The notes below the pieces were generated by a model. The model searched no databases. It saw only the letters and a list, made by a program, of their open reading frames with translations, and was not told where the DNA came from. A stretch of DNA of 64,000 nt from the NCBI GenBank assembly GCA_030704615.1, contig CM060731.1:67022001-67086000 (forward strand), in the 5' to 3' direction. The stretch is from Takakia lepidozioides (Eukaryota; Plantae; Bryophyta). Made by a program: the position numbers and the translations under genes. This document shows positions 1 through 14,997 of this stretch, one piece after another. Position 1 is the first letter of the stretch; every line of letters starts with the position of its first letter.

Positions 1-77
1 TATAGCATAAAATTCTTGGCTACAGTTGGGATTATCTTTCACTCTTCTATTGAACTAATGAATTTCTTTGCTGGCAG

Positions 78-3000
78 AGCGAGCATTGAACCCAATTTTC
101 ATGATCTGTATCTAAAGTTTTTGGACAAGATAAACTCCAAGGGCTTGCAAAAAGAGATTGTCAAGGCAACATATGAGAATTGCAAGGTGACTTAGTGGAT
201 GTTTTTTAAAGGTTGAGTAGCTCGAATGTGAAGAAGCTCCAATGGTAGTTATGCATTGAAGTTGTCTTCAATGTTGGAAGTTGCATTTGGCATTCATTTG
301 GTGTTGAATTGTGCAGCCTGCATGGCGTTTTTCATCCTGCATCGTGGTTTTTCTTGGGGCTGTTGTCTCTGAGTCGGTTGTGTCTGGCACCTGTTGGGAT
401 CTTAGAGCAGTGGGAAAGCCACAGAACCTGCTTGGATTGTGTACCTCTGGTGATTGTGTCCGGACATGTCAGGCATGTTTGATCAATTCATGGTGTAGCT
501 AAAACTTTCCTCATTTTCAAAACTAGATACATGGAAGTGAGATAGGCATTATGCATGTGGACCTGCCACCTTTCTAGAATGTAACCCTGTTTGTTGTTCT
601 TGCAAGGTCTATTGGCTACATTGAAGCACACAGTTCTAATTTTATTAAATTGCAGGTTTTGTTAAGGTCAGAGCTAATCAAAACCAGCTCAGAAGAGCGA
701 TCTCTCTTAAAGAATCTTGGTAGCTGGTTGGGCAAGCTGACAATTGGGCGAAATCAAGCTTTGCGAGCAAGGGAGATTGACCCCAAGTCTCTGATTATTG
801 AGGTTTTTCCGTCTACAATCCAGTGTTTCTCCTACTTTGCTTGAATATTTTATCCCTATTCCTGTAATTTTCTAGCTACTGTTTCTGATTGGGCCCTCTG
901 CCTATGGTTGGCTCTCCAGGTGACCACCATGACATTGAATCTCTGATCCTTTATTTCCAGTATTTTGTTGTAATTCGAGATTGGTACTCCGACATATGAG
1001 ACTGGTCCTAACCACCCACAGCTGATGGATGCAAGTTCCGGGTTACATTGGGAATTGTTTCCTTTGATCATTTGCCATGTTGATGCCCTTGTGTATCTGG
1101 GGTGGGAAAAGAGCTCTGACGTCTATCTCATGAATGGTCTGAAAACCTTGTAATGGGTTATCGTCCTCTTTCTAGACAGCAGTGGTTGTTCTCACCAACG
1201 CTTGCATAGCCATCTGCAGGAGCTATATTTTCAGACAATGTTGAGCTGGTCATTCATTTTTCTTGGGTTCTTTTCATTTGCTTTTTGTGTTCTTCTTTGT
1301 GAAGGAGTGTGGAGCCACACATGTTTGGGGTTTTGAAGGGTTTGGGCTTTTAAGAGGAGTTGCCAAAGTTGTGTGTCGAAATATCGTGACACTCATGATA
1401 ATCTTCTCGTGCAGCTGGACGGTACTTAAAAGTGATTGGTTCCTTTGTGCAGGCATATGAGAAAGGACTGATGATTGCTGTCATACCCTTCACTTCGAAG
1501 GTGATATTCAGATTGTCCTTGTATGGCATGATGAGGAAATTTATGCTTGGTGTTGATCGGTGCTCAGTATTTCCCTGCAGTGATGGTTGGCCCTTAAGGC
1601 TGATGTTGAACCACTGCTTATACATATACTTAACTCGAGCAGAGGATAGGATAAGTAGAGAATCAGCGTATTTCATGCTTTGCATATTGTCCAGAATTTG
1701 AACCAGCTTTGGAATGTGAAGGAGGAGCTGTTGTGATGTTGCAATAAATATAACCTAAATTGTCAATTTTTCCTTTATCTGTAACCCCTTTACTTTGTCT
1801 ATTGTGGTGGAACTCCTGCAGATACTGGAGCCGTGTCAATCCAGTCTGGCATATCAGCCTCCAAATCCGTGGACCATGGGCATTCTGGGACTGCTCGCTG
1901 AAATATATGCTCTTCCCAATTTGAAAATGAACCTCAAGTTTGATATTGAGGTGCGAGAATTTCCAACATCTAAAACTCTAGTGTGGGCCTTTTAGAAAGC
2001 AAATTTGTTCAAAAACCAACCAAATATGTGGTTGCAGTATTCTTGTTACCTTTGCAAGCATTGAAGCTGCAGTTGTGTATTTGTTCATTGGTGTCTAAGA
2101 AGTACAGTTTGTCAAATCACAAATGTTGATTGTGATTTATGCGATGTGACTGATTTATTACCAGTGCAATTTCTGGTCTGACAGATCTTCTGTTAATTGC
2201 AGGTTTTATTCAAGAACTTGACTGTGGATATGAAGGATGTTAAGCCTACGCAGCTGCTGAGAGGCCGATCGCGTGAGATAGAGGGTAATACTGACTTTTC
2301 GAATAAGGACTTGACAGCTGTGCACCAACAGTTCCCAGCCCCAGCGCCCGTAGCTCTTGAATCCCCTTCAGGAGCTCTGGCTGTGGCAACGCTGAGCCAG
2401 CAGGTGGACTTGCCACCTGATCTGCCTACCTCATCCCCACATCCGAGTGTGGCATCTGCCACAGCCTTATCCCAGGTGTGTGTCAATTACGTCCTCACGT
2501 TGTGAACTGGTGACATGTAGTTGTTTGTCATTGTAAACTAGCTGAAGTGTAGTTGTTGTACTATTGGGGTAGTGGTTGCAGGGTTGGGCATTTCCTCAAG
2601 GTTTAGTTTCTTTTCACCTGGATGTATGGCATATGTCCTTCATCCTTTTCAGATGCTTTACTGCATTATGGCTGCTAAGAGACTGCCGTTGTTTCATCTT
2701 AGTGGACTGTCAGAACTGTCAGCTCAATCATGCCGTCCCTGTCTGTTTAGGTTTTCTTAGACACTGGTTGACAGTATTCGTAGGCAATCTCACATTTTGT
2801 ATGCGCTTGGTATGAAACCTTGCTGTAGTTATCAGGAAAGTCTGTTCCGATTTTGGAATGGTTCATGGTTGGTCAGGATTGCAATCATAGTTGCAGCGCA
2901 CAGATTAAGATCAAATTTATTGGCTGAGAATGATTGGTGTTTGTTGGGAATCCAGCTGCTTGAGGAAGAAAAAGTAGGGGCTCTGGGTGTTGTTGATCGT

Positions 3001-6000
3001 TCTCCAAGTGGCCAAGGACTGCCGCAAACTGCAGTGTCCCAGCCTCCATTCTCTGCTGGCCAGGTTTGAAATGAGTCTTGCACTCATCATCTATAGCATT
3101 GTGGGTACAAAGTAGAGAGATTGTTTGTTTAAATGCATTTGTGTGAGTTACATGTCCAAATGTACGGGCCTAAGCTTTGGCTGAACCGCTTGTGAAGAGT
3201 CATGCTTTTAACGTAAAGCTTCGACCAATCGCAGAAAGTTAGCCTCCAGGTGGTTTTTTTGTCTTGCAGAGTAACTGGTCGCCAAGAAGTCCGTTATCAT
3301 GTTTGGTAAGATAGCTCGGGGAGATTGTCCTGGGAAAAGATTCTACCTAAGAACGATAATAATCTGGTTGAAGCGAGGGATGACTCTTGGCTGAGATGGT
3401 TATCCTGGTCATTGCAGGTGGCTATGTCTATTCCAAACTTGACAGCATATGTTGTCCTGAATCCAAAGCTGGCCGGATTGGGCCAGCAGCTACAACTTGC
3501 AAGGTACGTAGCTCTTCAGGGTTCCTGTAATTGTTTAGTGAACGAAACATCTTCACACGTTTATGCACTTTTGTCTGTCCCACTTTCCTTCTGCCAAACT
3601 TATAAAAGCAATTCAATTTCCATTACAGGATTGTGCCAATGGCTATGGAGCGTGCTATTCGTGAAATTATTTCGCCAGTGGTGGATCGGAGTGTTACCAT
3701 CGCTTGTATGACTACCCGGGAACTTGTGATGAAGGTTTGTCTGCCCTCTTCTTCGATGTCTTCCAGAAACTTCGAGTGTGAGTATGTTGGATTTCAAAAT
3801 CTATCTCCTGCAAGTCGCATATTATGTTTTGTAACTCCAGTGATTGTAAGGAGAGTGTCACATTAGAGGATTAGAGTCACTGCGTGTTGAGATTGTTTTA
3901 CATAGCTAAAACTGCTCTTGGCCCAGGACTATGCGATGGAAGCTGACGAGAGTCGCACACATCAGGCAGCAAATTTGATGGTGGCCAGTCTGGCTGGGAG
4001 TTTAGCGCATGTGACCTGCAAGGTTTTTCCTTTCTCTGAAGTGACATTTGTCATTTAAAGTTCTATCAGATTGTTGGGGTTGTTTGCTTAGTTTGGTTCC
4101 TAATTAAGTAAATTGTTCCCAGCGGTAGTTAGTGGTTAGTGGGTTTGTTTGAGTGACTTCTATCAAGTCGGAGCAGAGGGAGAGGCGAGCGCTATGGTTG
4201 TAACATCAAGGTTTGGTTTCAATGTCAGGAACCATTGCGGGTGGCTATGACAAATCATTTGAGAAGTTTGTTGGTGAATCTGGTCAGTGGAGATGTCTTG
4301 GATCAAGCAGTGAATGTGGTCACCAACGATAACTTGGACTTGGGATGTGCTGTTATTGAGAAAGCTGCAACAGAAAAGGTACTGGAAAGTCTTGCTCAGC
4401 TTCCTGTGGTCGATAAGGAATCCAAGGCTGTGAGTGTAAACAATCTGTAGACCACAGTTTTTGTGGATTGCTGGAGTGTTGCTTTGATGTAGGTTTCTAC
4501 CTATATATCGAAGCTTTCATTTTGAACGAGGGATTGCTTTTCTCTTAGTCTTCTGCTTATGATGGTTGTGCAAGGAAAAAGGATAGTTGGCTAATGTTTG
4601 ACATGGCAGGCATTACGGGACCTGGATGAAGCCATTGGGCCATCGCTTTCCATGCGAAGAAAGCAGAGGGAGCAATTGGGTCCTGGCTTCTATGATGCCA
4701 CCATCTACTCAGGGGGCAACCTTGCTCGTCTGCCTGAAGCCCTTCGACCGAAGCCAGTGTGCTTATCAATCTCACAGCGGCGAGTATATGAGGTTGGGCT
4801 CTCCTGCGTTGCATAAATCTATTGATAGTTGTCTGTTGATGGTGTTAAGGGGGAGAGTTTTGATCTTTTTTTGCACTGGTTCTTAGAAGAAACATACGGT
4901 ATCTTCATTGTCTGCAGAGTAAAATCTTATACAGAGGCTAATGGTTCAAATGATGGTATGGGTCAAATTTGCAGGACTTTGCTCGGCTTCCCTGGCAAAA
5001 CCAGCCCAGTCAACCTCCTGCTGCTCTTGCTGGTCCTCCAGCAGCATCGACCCTCTCTGCACGAGTGACTTATACAGTTGGAGGTGGCCAAAGCAATGCA
5101 ACTGCGTTTTCATCTATGGGTGGAACCCAGCCAATATTACCAATGAGTGGGATCCCGCAAGTTCCTGATTTGTCGGGTGATGAGCTAGACCACAGAGCCC
5201 AATCTCCATTGAGGTTTGTTCTCATCTTTCTTTTGTTGTATTGTGTTGGGTGTTTCATGTTCTCAATATCATGGCAGCTTCTGCATTCTGCAGTGACCTT
5301 GCATGATTTTTTTTTCAGCACTTAACTTGTTGAAGACTTGTAGAAATATTAACCCTAAAATTCCCAGTGCCTTTTACAGATATAATTTTTACTATTGGCA
5401 GTATCGGGTTAACTTTGAAATGTAAAGATGTACGTAGAGAAGATGGAGCTGTTCCTCAGCTGGAATTCGACGAATATTGATCCTTTTGACAAGTACTTAT
5501 CTTAGACATATATTTGTTTGGACACACATGCTTATGATTTCAACCCTGGAAACTATCAAAGCTGCTTACTGGTTACTATCATGTTGTGTAAGATACTAAA
5601 TGCATACCAAAGGACTCTTTTTGTGGGTCTAGATAGGTGTGAACTATTCTATTTACTCTGCTGGGTAATTTATATGCAGAAAATGAGACTCGCATTGTAA
5701 GGAACTTCATGAATCATTTATGGGTTAAGGTTTCATAATTAATGGCCTGGCTGGGAATAAGTGTGATGTCGGGTATGTTATTTAAGACAGTACTGTTCTG
5801 GGTGTGTAAGAAAAGTCTAGTTGCCCCTCTTCTGATTGTACGATTCTGGCATCTGATGGCTACAGTGTGTATTATGTGTGAGTAACAGTTTCACTTCAAC
5901 CACATCAGCTGGTGTAGCAGATGGTGCATCCCGCCAAAGTCAAGACAGCAGCCCTGCCCTACCGCCTTTCCCTGGTGCTGGTACATCTGCTCTTGAGAGC

Positions 6001-9000
6001 AGTGGAGCTGAAATGACATCTGTTCTCAAGGTGGGAATGAAAGAGTGCAGAATAGCTTCAAAGCTTAGTTGGCCTTGGCCACAATCTCATATGCCCTGTG
6101 TAGCCTTTTCTCTTGTTGACTGTAACAAGCTCCTGAAAGGGAATATGTGAAGTTTTGGTAAGGTGGAGGATGAAGATATGTTCACAAGACTTTACTTGCT
6201 ATTGACACAAAGAGAAGAGAGTGAGAAATGAGTGACAAAATTTGTGCTGACAGTTTTCCAAAGACATAAGAGAAATGACATGTAATGGTACGTTATAACT
6301 TGATCAGAGAGAAAATACTAATTTATGGTAGAGGGGTGGAAAATCAGGGCACTATGACTGGAGCACCCTCAGTATCACCTCCTTTGCCCGCGGACCAACT
6401 GGGAGCAACAGTGTTGGAGCCATCGCTCCTCACAGGGGAAGCTATTGAAAAGTATCACCTGGTGGCACAGAAGGTAATTTGAAGTAATGTATTCAATCTA
6501 TTAATACAGCTTTCTGATTTATTGATTGAAGAATAGACATCTAGGAACCCTGGCATCTGATACTCCTCGGCTTGTCCCACATTCTACAGTTGGATGCTGC
6601 AGTCTCCAAATTGTCATCAATCAGTTATTCAGCTCTTCCTCCAGACCATGAAGTCCGGGTATGTTATGGTCTTCATTTTCTGTGTGTGCCTATGTGGTGT
6701 CTTCCATCTCAGAAGCTCCCATGGACATTATAAAGTTCCTTCCTTTTTTCTTCTCTTGTTTTTCCCCTATTCCAGGTTTTCTGTCTCTTTTTCATTCTTC
6801 ATGCTTAGATGTTTGTTGTCCTCAATCTCAGTTATTTTTCTGTTGTTCATTCTGTCTCCCTCGAGTGTAAGTAAACTGATTGTAAAGAACGCATAAGTGG
6901 CCAAAGATCTGAGCACCCAATTGTCTGTTGTATATAGTTTCTATGCTCTAGTCAGTCGGTTGCTAAAACGTGGTTTGTGGCTCTGTCTTCCCTTACACAA
7001 ATGTGATTGAGAATTTTTTTTAATGCAAGAAGGATGAGAGAAGCTGTATGTTACTTTGAAGCATTTGTGACAAGGTCAAGTTTCAGAATATCACCTGGTT
7101 CTCATGTTGGTTAGGCAGTGGACCACCACATCTGACACTCTTGAATTGCTTTATACAGACATTGGTGCTGGAGATGCCAGAGATCATCACACAATCTATT
7201 TCCAGGGATGAGGCAGCCCTTGCTATTGCTCAAAAGGTGCTTTACTCTCTGTCCTCTCCATTGTATCTGAGCCAATCTTCATTCTCTTGCAGAGTTTATT
7301 GAAAAAGGGAGCCTAAAAGAGAAGCATGACATCAACTCTGGTGGTACATGCATTCTGTGCAGGTATTCAAGCGCTTGTATGAGAACACTGCCAGCCATGT
7401 GCATGTATCAGTCTACCTGGCAATCCTGGAAGCAATTCGAGATGTATGCAAACGTGTAGTCAAGGAACTGACGAGCTGGGTATGTGTAATGATTATTCTT
7501 CTGTGGTTACGTTTTTGGATTGTAGGTGTCCCTTTTCGTATGTACCTTGTGTTTGTTTCATCCTAAATATGACTATTCAAAGCTTGAACGAATGATCACA
7601 GGTCTGCCTAAAGGTATTTTCTTCTTTTCTGGAATTGTGGCTGTTCACTGCATACTCTTGTTTGATTTCTTTTGTCTAACATAGGTGTTTTGGCTTGCAG
7701 GTTATATATTCTTCTGATGAGGAACGAAAATTCAACCGGGAGATTACGGTCGGCCTTATTCGTTCTGAGCTTATATTCTTAACAGACTACAATCTACACC
7801 TTGCAAAGCTCATTGATGGTGGCCGGAATAGTATGGGATCCAGACCTTTTGGGATACTGCTGCACTTGTTTGGCCTGATCATTAGATCACATTTTGTTTG
7901 GCCTGTTGAAGGTCTGGTGCAGTAAGCGTAGCTAAGTGCCAACATTTTATTCGTGAACATAATTTAATATGAACTGCTCTTGCACCCACTACGCTTACTG
8001 CCAACATTTTGTTGGTGAACATAATTTAATTTGAACTTGACTGCTCTTGCACCAGTGGGTTACAGATGTCATAGAGTCAACATGCATGAGATTGCATCTT
8101 TCTGTACCCCCGTCAGTTCCCAGACTAAGGTATTACAGGTGGTGCTTGACAACCACACAGAGGATGCAGTTGATTTTGCTGCCTACTTGGTGAAGACGTG
8201 TGTGATTGAGGAGGCAGGTGTGAGCAATACGGAGTTTTACAATGTTATTGATGCTCTGGGGAAGGTGCTTTGCTGTTTCCCTTTGCTTGGTTGAGTTTGG
8301 TTACCTTTGTATCGGCTCCCAAGTACTGGTCCCAAGTACTTCTTATTGTACTGGTCCTTGATATCCCTGTTACGTTGCCAAATGAGTGGATAATGAGGCA
8401 AAATTGTCAGACTCATTATCGGTTTTCCTCTCAAGACTTGATGTATTCTGAAATGGTCATTTCTTTGTTCCACCCTGTCCCAATGTGCCTTATGGCCCCT
8501 GTGGATGTTATAAAGTTACTTTCTCTCTTTTGTTCTCTCTGCATCAAATTATTCATTGAGACTGTCGGAAGTGCACAATGTTGATCGTTTTGTATGAACA
8601 TGCAGTTGGCTGCACGGCCAGGCTCCCCAGAGTCTTTGCAGCAGTTGGTTGAGATTGCAAAGAGCACGTCAACTTTGGGGCAGGGAGGAACTGGCACTGG
8701 CAAGGATGACAAAGCCAGGTTGTCCAAAGACAAGAAGGTATGCACAGGGATTGAGGATTTTTACGTTTGCAGTACTTTCAGGGCAGAAACCTTGTCAATC
8801 AGGTTTTGAATTTCATACATTGATGAAATATTCTGGTTGGTCTTAACAGTGTTTGGATAGGCCGAAAAATGGTGCTTTAAGGAATAACAAGGGCGCAGTG
8901 GTCACTTCTATGGTTGAGATTGTGAAAAACTTTAAAACGCACTACAGCATTCTTGGCCGTGAATCTAACTCTAATAGTGAGGTATTTTCGAAAGAATGGA

Positions 9001-12000
9001 AGGATAGAATAGAAAGAACTGTTTCATATGATCCAAGACAGCCTTGATCAACTGGAATTTATCACAAAGGGATACAAGATGCCCATTAGTTCTTCTGAGA
9101 TTGCTGAAGCAATTGAGCATCTCGAGGGATATAAAGCCAGTGGGTGTGATGGCATTGTCAACAAGTTGATTAAGCATGGTGGTGATCCTATACTATCGGC
9201 CCTGCCATCTCCTTTGACCTGATTTGGCATGCTAATATGATACCCTTTTGCTGGAGAGAGGGTGTCATTGTCAATCTGTATAAGAGATGTCCCAGTGTGC
9301 AAGACCAGTTTGATGTTGCTGCTGCTTTGTTAATGCCTTTTTCACATTTGCGCAGCTTCCATCAAGTAGAAGTGCTGGTCTCAGAGAGGATGGTAAGATT
9401 GGGAGCCGAGATACAGCGGCTGGTGATCCTGCTGGACTTCGTGATCAAGTAATTTCTCAAGTGCCATTGATGTGCTTTGGTGCATGGTGGTGTATTAGAA
9501 AGATTTTGGGCTACTGGTGTCAAGAGTTATTGGCAGTATCTGGTGATGGGGTGTCATGTGGAGTCTCTGTTTTGCTCTGTGAATTCAATGTAAACATTTC
9601 AAGGCTGCAATTAGTCTAGCAGCACTATGGCAGACAGGAGAAATTATGAAGTTGTTCAGGCCAAACAAAATGCGCAGACTGGCGCTGACTTTGTTAGTGC
9701 TTGTTGTGGTTTTATGTTACTAAACCTAAATCATTTTGTCAACCAAATGGCATGTTTTCTCTCGAGTTAATGAAAGGGTATTACAGGTATGTTTGGTTGA
9801 TTCCAGTAAAGGCGGGCCATATTTTCTTTAAGTGCTGAATAAGTTCAATGTGTATAGACTGGGTTTGTTTCAGAAGAAACCAAATCCTCATTTTGCTAAG
9901 ATGATGTCACATTTACTGTTGGCAGTTGATGAAGTTTAGGGTGGGACTTAACCTCTTTCATTCTTAATATGGTCATACGAGTATGTTGTACTAACTAAAT
10001 AGATTCTTAACTTGGACTGTTTATTATTTGTTTGCTACCTTTTAATGTCTGTATGGAGTTGGTACTCTGTACTTACATAGATGAGATGGTGAATGTGCCA
10101 GGTTGCAGTCTTGTTTGATGAATGGGCACGCATCTGTGATTCACCCGGCACCAATGACAAGGCCTACGCTGTCTACATGTCGCAGCTCCAACACTCTGGC
10201 ATGCTGAAAGGCGATGACATCTCCGACCGCTTTTTCCGCATTCTTGTTGTATGTATTGTGATTTTCTTCTTTCTGCATGTTGAATCTCTAGCTGCAATTG
10301 TTAGCACACCCTACTAGTTATCCTGTGGGATCTTTGGCTTCCTTCCTCTAGCCTGTGGACATAATAAATTTCTCCTCTCCCTTTTAACTAGAGGATAATG
10401 AATGACATCCATATAGCAAGCAAATAGTAGATGAAGCCAAAACATTAGAACAAAACGCTACTGGTCGACAAACCAAGCTGCATGTTTTCATTTTTTCCTG
10501 ACATGGTGTACAGACACTAGTATCGCAACCACTCTAGATTCTTCATGCCAATCATGTGGAAGAGAGTTGTGATCTCCTGCTACGTTGTAATGTATGTGTT
10601 CATGACTGCTGCTGCTTTTCACGTAAAAGAGCTTAGATCTTACGTTCTTTTGGAGTGTTTTCCATGCTTCTTAATTCTTTTGCTTTTCATCAGTTCAGGG
10701 ATGTTTCTAGAAAGCAAATGTTGTATGATGTACACAAAATATTGCACGTAAATTATATGGATCGTAGCTCCGGAGGCAGCTGCATGAGATATATCATGTC
10801 CTAGAGCTGGCTTCGATTTATTCTCGAACAGAATACTGATATTAGAAGTTCACAAATGTTTGATTATGACCTGTTTCTTCTGCATGATACAGTATCATCT
10901 ATGCACATTTGCGCACAAATTTCCTTTTTGATCATTTTTGGTTCCCAGGTGGACAGTTAGTGCTTTGCAGTTTGTAGAGACATCAGAATGGACACTCTCG
11001 AAGTTTGTGAAGCATTACTCTTGCTGTGCAACGACCATGGGGCTTAGAATTTTAATCTTTTGAGCTGGTTTGGCAGGAATTGGCAGTGACACATTGTCTC
11101 AACACAGAGACCCCGCTGCCCAACATAATTCCAGGGGAAGCAAGGTCACAGGGAGTGAGTCTGTCATTTGCGGCTATTGATATGTTTGCCAAGCTTGTAA
11201 TTTTGCTGGTGAAGGTACTACTTCATCTTTTCCTTCACATTAAATATCAAAGTGGGGGAAACATTTAGCTACAGCTGCAGATGTGAATAATGACTTGGGT
11301 CTCTCTGTTCAATTAGATGCTATTGTACAATGACGAATTGTTATGGGGGTTTTATGCTTAATAGCCTTGTTTTGCGTCTCTCACCCATTTGATTTCTGTG
11401 GATGTGCAGTATTATGTGGATCCTTCTATGAGCAAGGTCAATCTTCTGAACAAGGTAATAGGCCCAAATCTGTTCTGCGAGCAGGGAAAAGGATGGGGTG
11501 AGGTGGACACTGTAGGGACACGCCGGAGCTGATTGAATCTACTGTGATCCTGATGCACGGTTTGGATTTGGGGTTGGCCAGGTGTTGAATGTGACAGTCC
11601 GCGTAATTCAAAGAGACTGCCACGAGCGCAAAGCGGCTTTTCATCCACGCCCATACTTTCGCCTTTTCGTCATATGGTTAATGGACGTCAATTCACCAGA
11701 CTCTACACTTGACTCCAGCAACTTTCAGGTACAATTCTCATGGCTCTTGTTGCATCTACATGAGCCCTGACATTTGTTCTTGAGGTGCTTGTATGTATGT
11801 ACATGAAAAGGGAAGGTGTCTTGGCGTACAAAATGTTTTTGTGAGATGCTACTTGTATTTCTGGGAAGAAGTTATCTAGCTACAGAACAAGATCTAAAGT
11901 GCTCCTTGGCTCCAGGTTCTCACTGCATTCGGGAATGCTCTGTTGGCATTGCAACCACTCCAAGTGCCCGGCTGGAGGTGAGTCAACTAATGCGTCATCA

Positions 12001-14997
12001 ATAGTACAGCCTGTTTAATATGTTGCGTTCAGTAATGTTGTTTCTGGATTCTTGGTTCTAGATAGATGACATGGAATTTTCTGTGACACATTGCTTATGC
12101 TCATTGACTGCAATATGCCATGAATGGCTGAGACCTATTTGCTGTCGTCAGTGTTGAATTTGTTGTAATTTGTCTCTTAAGGTCATTGTAAGGTACTCAA
12201 TTGCAGTTCCAAATGGTTGGCTGATGCTCTACACACCACATTGTTTTGGGGGGGGGAGGATGGATGTTTCTCAGCTTTGCATGGCTTGAGCTGATTAGCC
12301 ATCGAATGTTCATGCCTAAGCTTTTGCTTAGCAACTCGCAGAAGGGATGGCCTTTGTTTCAGCGCTTGTTGGTTGCCCTGTTCAAGTTTATGGAGCCCTA
12401 CCTGCGAAATGCTGACCTGAGTGATCCGGTGTGGTTTTTGTTCCCACATGATGTTCCCAGTAAGGATGTGGTTGGCGTGGACACCGTTTAAGGGTGTCTA
12501 GGGATGGACAGCAGAGACATTGTTTCCAAAGGCTGTGGGTTGTGAGGATTTGTTAAAGGGTCATGGCAGTGTTATTGGTTCTGTGAGATGTAGGTATACT
12601 TGAATTAAGCTTGGCTGTACCCTTACCACTCTGTACCCATTCTAACCGGGTGTTGGGGCTGGCAGGTGCGGCTGCTGTACAAGGGCACACTGCGGGTATT
12701 ACTGGTTCTGCTGCATGACTTTCCTGAGTTCTTGTGTGATCATCACTTCAGTTTCTGTGATGTCATCCCACCCTCCTGCATTCAAATGCGTAACCTTATT
12801 CTCAGTGCATTCCCTCGCAACATGCGCCTTCCTGACCCTTTTACTCCCAACTTGAAGGTACCAGCTTGATACTCTCGAATTTCTCCTAAGCTTTTGACCC
12901 CATTTACCCGTCGTTCTGTGTTAATGGGTCTCTATCTGTATATTACTTGGAGGCGAGTTTGTGTATAGGTTTCTTTAACTAGGATGGGTCTTTCTTTTGT
13001 GTTGGTTGTAATGTGGACCAAGCGGCCTTGTGTCCTATTCTTTCTTCAGGAGTGTTTACAGTTGACTACAATGGGGTTTTTCTTTTTTTCTGGTTATTAG
13101 GTGGATTTACTGCCAGAAATAAGTCAAGCACCGCGCATCCTATCGGATGTTGAGTCAGCATTGAAGAACAAGCAACTGAAGGCTGAAGTGGATGATTATC
13201 TGAAGGTTTGGTTTACAATTGCAATGGGGGAGTGGTTTACTCATTTCATGATTATCTGTTCTCATCACATAATGATTGACCTTTCTCTTGGCCTTGGGGT
13301 TATGTTGTCTTACTGAATCATCTGTCTGGTCTGCTGGTAGCACTAACTATCTGGTGAGGTTATTTGGTATGTACTTCATTTATTGAGTATCTTTTTCTGT
13401 GTCGCCCTTATAAATAGATTCCTGATTTTTCTTTGGGCCTGTAATTCAAATACTGAGTGCTTTTGGTCAAAATGTCTACATAACAAGTTCTGCACAGTTT
13501 CTCATCTTTTGTTTTGAACTGCAATTGCATGTGTGGTTCTAAAGGATTCTCGTACGTCTGCTTTAATAAAAAAGTGGGATCTGCAGACCCGACAACCCAT
13601 GTCCCTTCTTTCAGTGGACTTGAAGCAGCGGCTGATGCTGCCACAGCACGAGGCAGCGCCATGTGGCACCCATTACAATGTGCCCCTGCTAAATGCACTC
13701 GTTCTCTATGTTGGGATTCAGGTCTGTTTCTGCCCTCGTGAAAAAGGAGTTTAGCCTGATTTCTGATAACATCATAGTCAGTAGTGTGCCAACATAATTG
13801 TATGCACTTTATTGCAACATTTTTTGGTCCCAGTTCCAGCTCAAGCAAAGAAGTCCTTCTATTTGGGGTGAGTGCAGCTTGAGGATTGACTGCAGTTTTT
13901 TTTTCTGTGGTGCGTACCACAATGGGTGATGGTCGTGTGTCGGGAGTTTCATCTACAGAGCAGTCTTTCTGGTTTCCTTCCTCTTTTAATTGTTTCTTCT
14001 TCCCCGTGAGTTTTGTGCGGGTGCCTTTGTTTTCATCTTTGAAAGTGCTTCTACCTTGGATGTGGGTTATCCACTTTATCTTTGGTTGCCTCCCATATGT
14101 GAGTTCATAGTTTACTGTGCTCTCACATACATTATCTACACAGGCGATACAGCAGCTACAGAGCAAGACCACTCCTCAACAGCTGGCAGTTCCAACAGCG
14201 CCCATCACCCACAGTGCACCCATGGACATCTTCCAGCGCCTGATCGTTGAGCTTGACACGGAAGGCCGCTACTTGTTCCTGAACGCTGTGGCGAATCAGC
14301 TGCGCTACCCCAACAACCACACACATTATTTTTCCTGTGTTCTTCTCTATCTCTTTGCAGAGGCAAGTCAGGTAAGGCTTTTCACATGACCTGGTTTGTT
14401 CTCTGGATATAGTATAAGCCTGTCCAGAATAATATTACCACTGACCATCTATTGCACATTCTTGTGCCCAGGAGATAATCCAAGAGCAGATCACACGGGT
14501 GTTGCTGGAGCGACTGATTGTCAATAGACCACATCCATGGGGCCTCCTCATCACCTTCATTGAGTTGATTAAGGTTTTTCTGCTTGCCTTTCAGCATCCC
14601 TTAGATAATTGCTGAAGACTGATCTGTCCTGCTGTCAGGCACATCAGTTTTATTCTTGCCTGCTTAGATATTAGGATCAATGTCTCTGAAATGGAGGTAT
14701 GGTTGAGTATCTGGTAGAAAGAGTTGGGAGAATGACTAGGAATGGAAGTCCCTCCTAGCTTTTTGCCCCTGCATGTCCTGTCAAAGCTGATTCTGCTTGT
14801 CCTTTGTAGAAACCTCAGGTGGTTGGTTGGATGTGCAGAACCCACGCTATAACTTCTGGAGCCACGGATTCACACGCTGTGCCCCAGAGATTGAGAAACT
14901 CTTCGAGTCAGTGGCACGATCGTGCATGGGCCCTCCATTGAAGCCTGCTGATGATGATTTATCTGCAAGCCTTGGGGTTGAAGGAATGAAGGGTTGA
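78..14997 (+). CDS. NOT1: CCR4-NOT complex scaffold subunit NOT1, multi-exon, 5' part outside the window
   Basis: GT-AG exons splice into recognisable NOT1 peptides: [175 protein letters not shown]; stop TGA ends at 14997. Confidence 0.97.
7937..8053. repeat. Short (~55 bp) tandem duplication in a NOT1 intron
   Basis: tgccaacatttt...gtgaacataatttaat...actgctcttgcacc occurs twice in succession. Confidence 0.8.
8853..9290 (+). mobile_element. Degenerate non-LTR retrotransposon (LINE) fragment, pre-RT/RT N-terminal region, in a NOT1 intron
   Basis: Frameshifted peptides [34 protein letters not shown] and [15 protein letters not shown] match the K-A-x-G-x-D-G and W-x-x-x-x-I-V-x-L-x-K motifs of LINE ORF2. 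Confidence 0.8.

Noticed and set aside
13408-14172. 254-aa antisense ORF inside NOT1
   Set aside because: Overlaps NOT1 exons and intron on the opposite strand, has no recognisable motif, and is probably a chance open frame.
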